From an uncultured delta proteobacterium (GTDB lineage Bacteria; Myxococcota_A; Polyangia; Polyangiales; JAFGIB01), in NCBI GenBank assembly GCA_963778655.1, contig CAVZVA010000005.1:608001-672000 (forward strand): 64,000 nucleotides of DNA, given 5' to 3'. A program made the translations under genes and the position numbers. The first letter of the stretch is position 1; each line of letters begins with the position of its first letter. Shown here piece by piece: positions 60,273 to 64,000 of this stretch. A model generated the notes under the pieces. That model saw only the letters and a list, made by a program, of their open reading frames with translations. It made no database searches and was not told where the DNA came from.

Positions 60273-60328
60273 ACAGGAAGGCGGAAAGGCGGGAAGACCC
60301 GAGGAAGGTCGGCTTTCCCGCTTGCGTG
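60273..60328. repeat. GGGAAGAC-period palindromic repeat
   Basis: ACAGGAAGGCGGAAAGGCGGGAAGAC ... CTTTCCCGCTTGCGTG. Confidence 0.65.
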
Positions 60329-60442
60329 CGCGGCTGGTGTCTGCTCGCAGCGGTCGCCGCCGGCTGCGCACTCGCTCGGCCGCCGGACGCGGGAGCTGTC
60401 GTGGCGTGACGCGCCCGCGGGCGGTGCGGTATCGTTGGTGGT

Positions 60443-60625
60443 ATGGCTCGCCTGCTACGCGAGGGCTCGGGAACGGTGCTGTTGCTGGCCGCGCTGGCCG
60501 CGCTGTTTCATGGCGTGCGGCTGCTGCACGGCCGCGACTATCTCGCGTGCATCATCCTCGTCTTTACCGGTATTTCCCTGCTGCGCGCCGGCGTCGAGCT
60601 GCTGCGCCCGTCGGTCGGTGAATGA
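60443..60625 (+). CDS. Small two-TM membrane protein
   Basis: 60 aa, two hydrophobic segments; ATGA overlap with next gene. Confidence 0.6.
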   Translation: MARLLREGSGTVLLLAALAALFHGVRLLHGRDYLACIILVFTGISLLRAGVELLRPSVGE

Positions 60626-61560
60626 TGGCGCTCGGCGACCGCACGCGCTCGCTCGGTTTCGGCTGGCACGTTGCGGCGGCGAGCGCGCTGGTCGGCGCGC
60701 TCGCGCTGCACGGCTGCGGCGCGGGCGAGCGAGCGAGTCGCTCCGCGGGCGTGGCCACGCGCGGCAACGCGAGCATCGGCGGGCAGGTGGTGAGCACGGT
60801 CGACGGCCGCCCGATCACAGTGGCCGAGATCGAGCGCCTGGTGCGCGCCGGGCTGACCCCACAGCAAGCGCTGCGCCGCCTGCAGAGCGAGCAGCTGCTG
60901 ATGGAGGAAGCGGAGCGCCGGGGCTTGGCGGGCAATCCGGCCGTGCACGAGGTGAAGGCGCAGGCCGAGGTCCAGGCCGTGATCGAGCAGGAAGCCAATG
61001 CGGTCACGGTCAGCGACGCGGACGTGCGCCGGGCCTACGAGCAGCAGAAGGAGCGCTTCGAGCGTCCGGAACGCCGCGCTGCGGTCCACGTGCTGGCCAA
61101 GCTGCCGCCGAATTCATCGCCGCAGGCATTGGCGGCGGCCAAGGAGTTCGCCGATCGCATGGTCGGAGAGCTGGCGCTGGCCCCAGACCCAGTGGCGTTC
61201 GTGCACGCGCTCCCCAAGCCTGCGGGGCTGCCATTCCAAGTCGTGGCCGAGCAGATCCCCGCCGTGCCCCGTCACGGCAGGCTGGTCGAGCCGTTTCTGG
61301 CGGCGATGTTCTCGATCTCCGCGCCGGGCGTGGTTCCGCAGCCCGTGCAGACGAGCTTCGGCTGGCACGCGATCCGTGTGACCCAGATCCTGCCGGCGGA
61401 AACCACACCGTACGATAAGGCAGCGGACGTGCTGCACGCGGAGCTTCTGCTCTCGCACCGTCGGACCAGGCTGCACGCGCTGCTCGACCGTCTGCGCAAG
61501 GAACAAGGTGTCCAGGTCTCCTCGAGCGTCGGCCAACGACTCGCTCACCTCGAGCTTTGA
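60622..61560 (+). CDS. PpiC/parvulin-type peptidylprolyl isomerase lipoprotein
   Basis: Lipobox LHGC; STVDGRPIT; HVL; PVQTSFGWHAI. Confidence 0.85.
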   Translation: MMALGDRTRSLGFGWHVAAASALVGALALHGCGAGERASRSAGVATRGNASIGGQVVSTVDGRPITVAEIERLVRAGLTPQQALRRLQSEQLLMEEAERRGLAGNPAVHEVKAQAEVQAVIEQEANAVTVSDADVRRAYEQQKERFERPERRAAVHVLAKLPPNSSPQALAAAKEFADRMVGELALAPDPVAFVHALPKPAGLPFQVVAEQIPAVPRHGRLVEPFLAAMFSISAPGVVPQPVQTSFGWHAIRVTQILPAETTPYDKAADVLHAELLLSHRRTRLHALLDRLRKEQGVQVSSSVGQRLAHLEL

Positions 61561-61588
61561 GCGTGGGCACGGCTCGGGCGACGACCAG

Positions 61589-62242
61589 ATGACCAGGGGG
61601 CCGGAAGCTCCGCGCGATCTGCTGGAGACGGCGTTCACGCCGATTCTGCGCCGCGTGCGCAATGCGGCTCCAGGCGTGCTGGCGGCCGTGTTCGTGGACG
61701 TCGAGGGCGAGTGCATCGACTATGTGTCCACGCTCGACCCATTCGAAGCCAAGGTCAGTGCAGCCCACGCGCTGGTGCTGGTGGCTGCGCTGCGCGCGGC
61801 GCCCGCCAGACTCGGCATGAGGGAGCCGGTCGCGCTGACCATCACCGGGAGCGCGCGCGAGCTGTGGGCCCGCCGCGTGACCGAAGAGTACCTGTTGGTG
61901 GCGGTGCTCGAACCCGGCGCGGACGCCTCCCGGATCGCCGTGGCGCTGTCGGATGCGGGTCGGGAATTCCGCCAGGAGGTGGGTGCCGTCCCGCCAGCGT
62001 GGGAGCCCGCGCCGCACCGTCTCGAGGTGATCGTGCGGCCGGCGGTGGGCTGGCCCTACGCGCCCTCGGCCTTTAGCCAAGAGGGCGTGCGGGTCGTGAT
62101 CAGCGACGTGCTGGGGCGCTGGACCGAGCCGGGCGGCGCGCACGACGACGAGCTGGTCTGCTTCCGGGTCCGCACCGAGGACGGACAGGAGCTTACACTT
62201 GTTCACGACCCGGCCGAGCACGGCTGGCGCGTTCGCAGCTGA
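61589..62242 (+). CDS. Roadblock/LC7-like protein with C-terminal extension
   Basis: PGVLAAVFVDVEGECID...EEYLLVAVL roadblock-like pattern. Confidence 0.6.
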   Translation: MTRGPEAPRDLLETAFTPILRRVRNAAPGVLAAVFVDVEGECIDYVSTLDPFEAKVSAAHALVLVAALRAAPARLGMREPVALTITGSARELWARRVTEEYLLVAVLEPGADASRIAVALSDAGREFRQEVGAVPPAWEPAPHRLEVIVRPAVGWPYAPSAFSQEGVRVVISDVLGRWTEPGGAHDDELVCFRVRTEDGQELTLVHDPAEHGWRVRS

Positions 62243-62315
62243 GACTGGGCGCGCGACCGCGCGGGAAGCGTCGCGCGGCGTTGCCGGGGCGGGCGCGGTC
62301 CGATAGCATCGATCT

Positions 62316-63554
62316 GTGGCCACGCGGAGTTGTCCGAGCTGCGGCAGAAGCTATCCCGACGCGGTGTTTTTCTGCGGCGAGGACGGCACGATCACGGTCC
62401 AGGACCAGGACCCCAAGGATTTCGACGGCCGCCTGGGCAAGCGCATAGGCGGCTACGTCGCAGTCGCGCGGGTGGCCGACGGCGCCATGGGCCGCGTGTT
62501 CGAGGGGCGCCACCCGGAGACCAAGTCCCGCGTGGCCATCAAGATTCTGCACGCCGACGTGGCCCGCGATCGGATCGCGGTCGAGCGCTTCAAGCGCGAG
62601 TACGAAACCGCGATGGAGCTCGACCACGCCCACATCGTCAAGGTGTTGGAGTTCGGCGAGACCGACGAAGGCGCGCCCTTCCTGACCATGGAGTATCTGG
62701 AAGGCGCGGAGCTGGGCAAGGTGTTGGGACGCGGCCAGCTGCTGGCGCCCGCGCGCATCGTGCGCGTGGTGTGCCAGGTGGCGCTCGCGCTGGAGCACGC
62801 GCACTCGTTCGGCTTCATCCATCGCGATCTCAAGCCCGACAACATCTTCCTGTGCAGCACCGACACCGGTGACGACGTGCGCGTGCTCGACTTCGGCTCG
62901 GTCAAGCTGCAGCTCGAGATGGGCGCGAAGCTGACCGCCATCGGGACCACGGTCGGCTCGCCCTTCTACATGTCTCCGGAGCAGGCGATGGGCCGCGCGG
63001 ACGTCGATCAGCGTACGGATGTGTTCGCGTTGGGGGCGATCTTGTACGAGATGCTGACCGATCGGGTGGCGTTCGATGCGCCCAACATCGCCAAGATCCT
63101 GTTGCGGATCATGAACGAAACACCGGCCCCGCCAAGCAGCATCAATGCGGCCTCTCCCCGGGCGCTCGACGCGGTGGTCGAGGCGGCGCTGCGCAAGGAC
63201 AAGGAGCTGCGCACCAAGAGCGCGCGTGCGCTCGCCGAGGGCGTGCTCGCCGCGTATGGCTTGAGCGGCAACGTGGAGGACTGGTCCAAGCGGCCGGTCT
63301 CCGAGATCGCGCAGGCGCTGGCGGAGCGGCCCCAGCCGCAGCCCGAGCCGCCACCGGCGCCGGCGGGCGCGGAGGAGACGATGCGACCGAGCACGAGCGA
63401 GCGCGGCGATGCCACCGTGCCCAAGATCGGGCTCGGGCACGATGACGGCGGCGGTGGGCCGGTGTTGGCGTCGAGCACGAACGTGGGCGCGATGGCGCTG
63501 ATCGCGCTCGGCCTGGTGGTGGTGGGCGGCCTGCTGACGTTCCTGCTGCGCTGA
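62316..63554 (+). CDS. Hanks-type Ser/Thr protein kinase, N-terminal Zn ribbon, C-terminal TM
   Basis: VAIK, RFKRE, HRDLKPDNIFL, DFG, YMSPEQ. Confidence 0.95.
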   Translation: MATRSCPSCGRSYPDAVFFCGEDGTITVQDQDPKDFDGRLGKRIGGYVAVARVADGAMGRVFEGRHPETKSRVAIKILHADVARDRIAVERFKREYETAMELDHAHIVKVLEFGETDEGAPFLTMEYLEGAELGKVLGRGQLLAPARIVRVVCQVALALEHAHSFGFIHRDLKPDNIFLCSTDTGDDVRVLDFGSVKLQLEMGAKLTAIGTTVGSPFYMSPEQAMGRADVDQRTDVFALGAILYEMLTDRVAFDAPNIAKILLRIMNETPAPPSSINAASPRALDAVVEAALRKDKELRTKSARALAEGVLAAYGLSGNVEDWSKRPVSEIAQALAERPQPQPEPPPAPAGAEETMRPSTSERGDATVPKIGLGHDDGGGGPVLASSTNVGAMALIALGLVVVGGLLTFLLR

Positions 63555-63569
63555 GGGCCCGAGCCGCGC

Positions 63570-63998
63570 TCAGCGGGGCGGGGCCAGCGGCACGAAGTCG
63601 TCGCCTTGCAGCTCGAGCAGGCGGGTCGGCCTGCGCGCGGTGCGGTCCGCTCCCAGACCGGAGCTTGCGCTGGCCAGCTCGCTCGACTCGGTGTGCGCGA
63701 GCGCCGACGCCAGATCGGCGCGCGTCCTGGCTCCATGCTCGACCGCGCTGCGCACGAGCGTATAGGCATCGTGGGCAAACGCGGCGAAGCTGTCCGGCGG
63801 CTCGCCAAATTGCTCCTGGAAGCGCTGCAGGAAGCGCTGGCCCGCCCCGCTCGCCGTCTGCGGGTCGAAGGGCACGGAGAAGACCGCGCCTTGCAGATAG
63901 CGGCCGACGCTGCGTGACAGATCGTGGTCGAACGCGACCGACGGGGCGATGATCGAGATCGCGCGCCCGCCGTTGGGTGCGGCCTGGCCCGCTGGCGT
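63570..63998 (-). CDS. LpoA/LppC-like or periplasmic binding protein (5'-partial)
   Basis: Frame open to window end; GRYLQGAVF, FQEQFGEPPDSFAAFAHDA. Confidence 0.65.
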   Translation of the reverse strand, partial: TPAGQAAPNGGRAISIIAPSVAFDHDLSRSVGRYLQGAVFSVPFDPQTASGAGQRFLQRFQEQFGEPPDSFAAFAHDAYTLVRSAVEHGARTRADLASALAHTESSELASASSGLGADRTARRPTRLLELQGDDFVPLAPPR

Positions 63999-64000
63999 GC

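Overview
This is a very GC-rich, gene-dense chromosomal window. Its gene content suggests a myxobacterium, probably Polyangiales/Sandaracinaceae-like; this is inferred from the ECF cassette, TSP3 and Cys-rich repeat proteins, Ser/Thr kinase, roadblock protein and split nuo genes. It has about 60 CDS, mostly housekeeping: sodB, lexA, crcB, glnB, psd, exbB-exbD-tonB, recD2, maf-yggS, proC, pepP, nuoA-B-C-G-H-I, metB, ihfB and gshA. I found no rRNA, tRNA, CRISPR array, transposase or prophage. The highlights are: (1) a minus-strand run HAD(FHY1-like)-ACAD-ACAD-ACAD-APH kinase-PFKFB-sodB, which contains an apparently intact eukaryote-type bifunctional 6-phosphofructo-2-kinase/fructose-2,6-bisphosphatase next to a split ACAD10/11 (LvaA/LvaC-like) module; (2) truD interrupted by one in-frame TGA right after its catalytic Asp; (3) an EndoQ-UvrD fusion whose helicase half is frameshifted and truncated; (4) a dispersed GGGAAGAC-period palindromic repeat at gene 3' ends; (5) a MinD/FlhG-J-domain-HTH fusion with deviant motifs; (6) two large extracytoplasmic HEAT-repeat proteins; (7) recurrent leaderless-type promoters and a probable CTG start in gshA. 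All family calls come from motifs recognised by eye. No database search was run.
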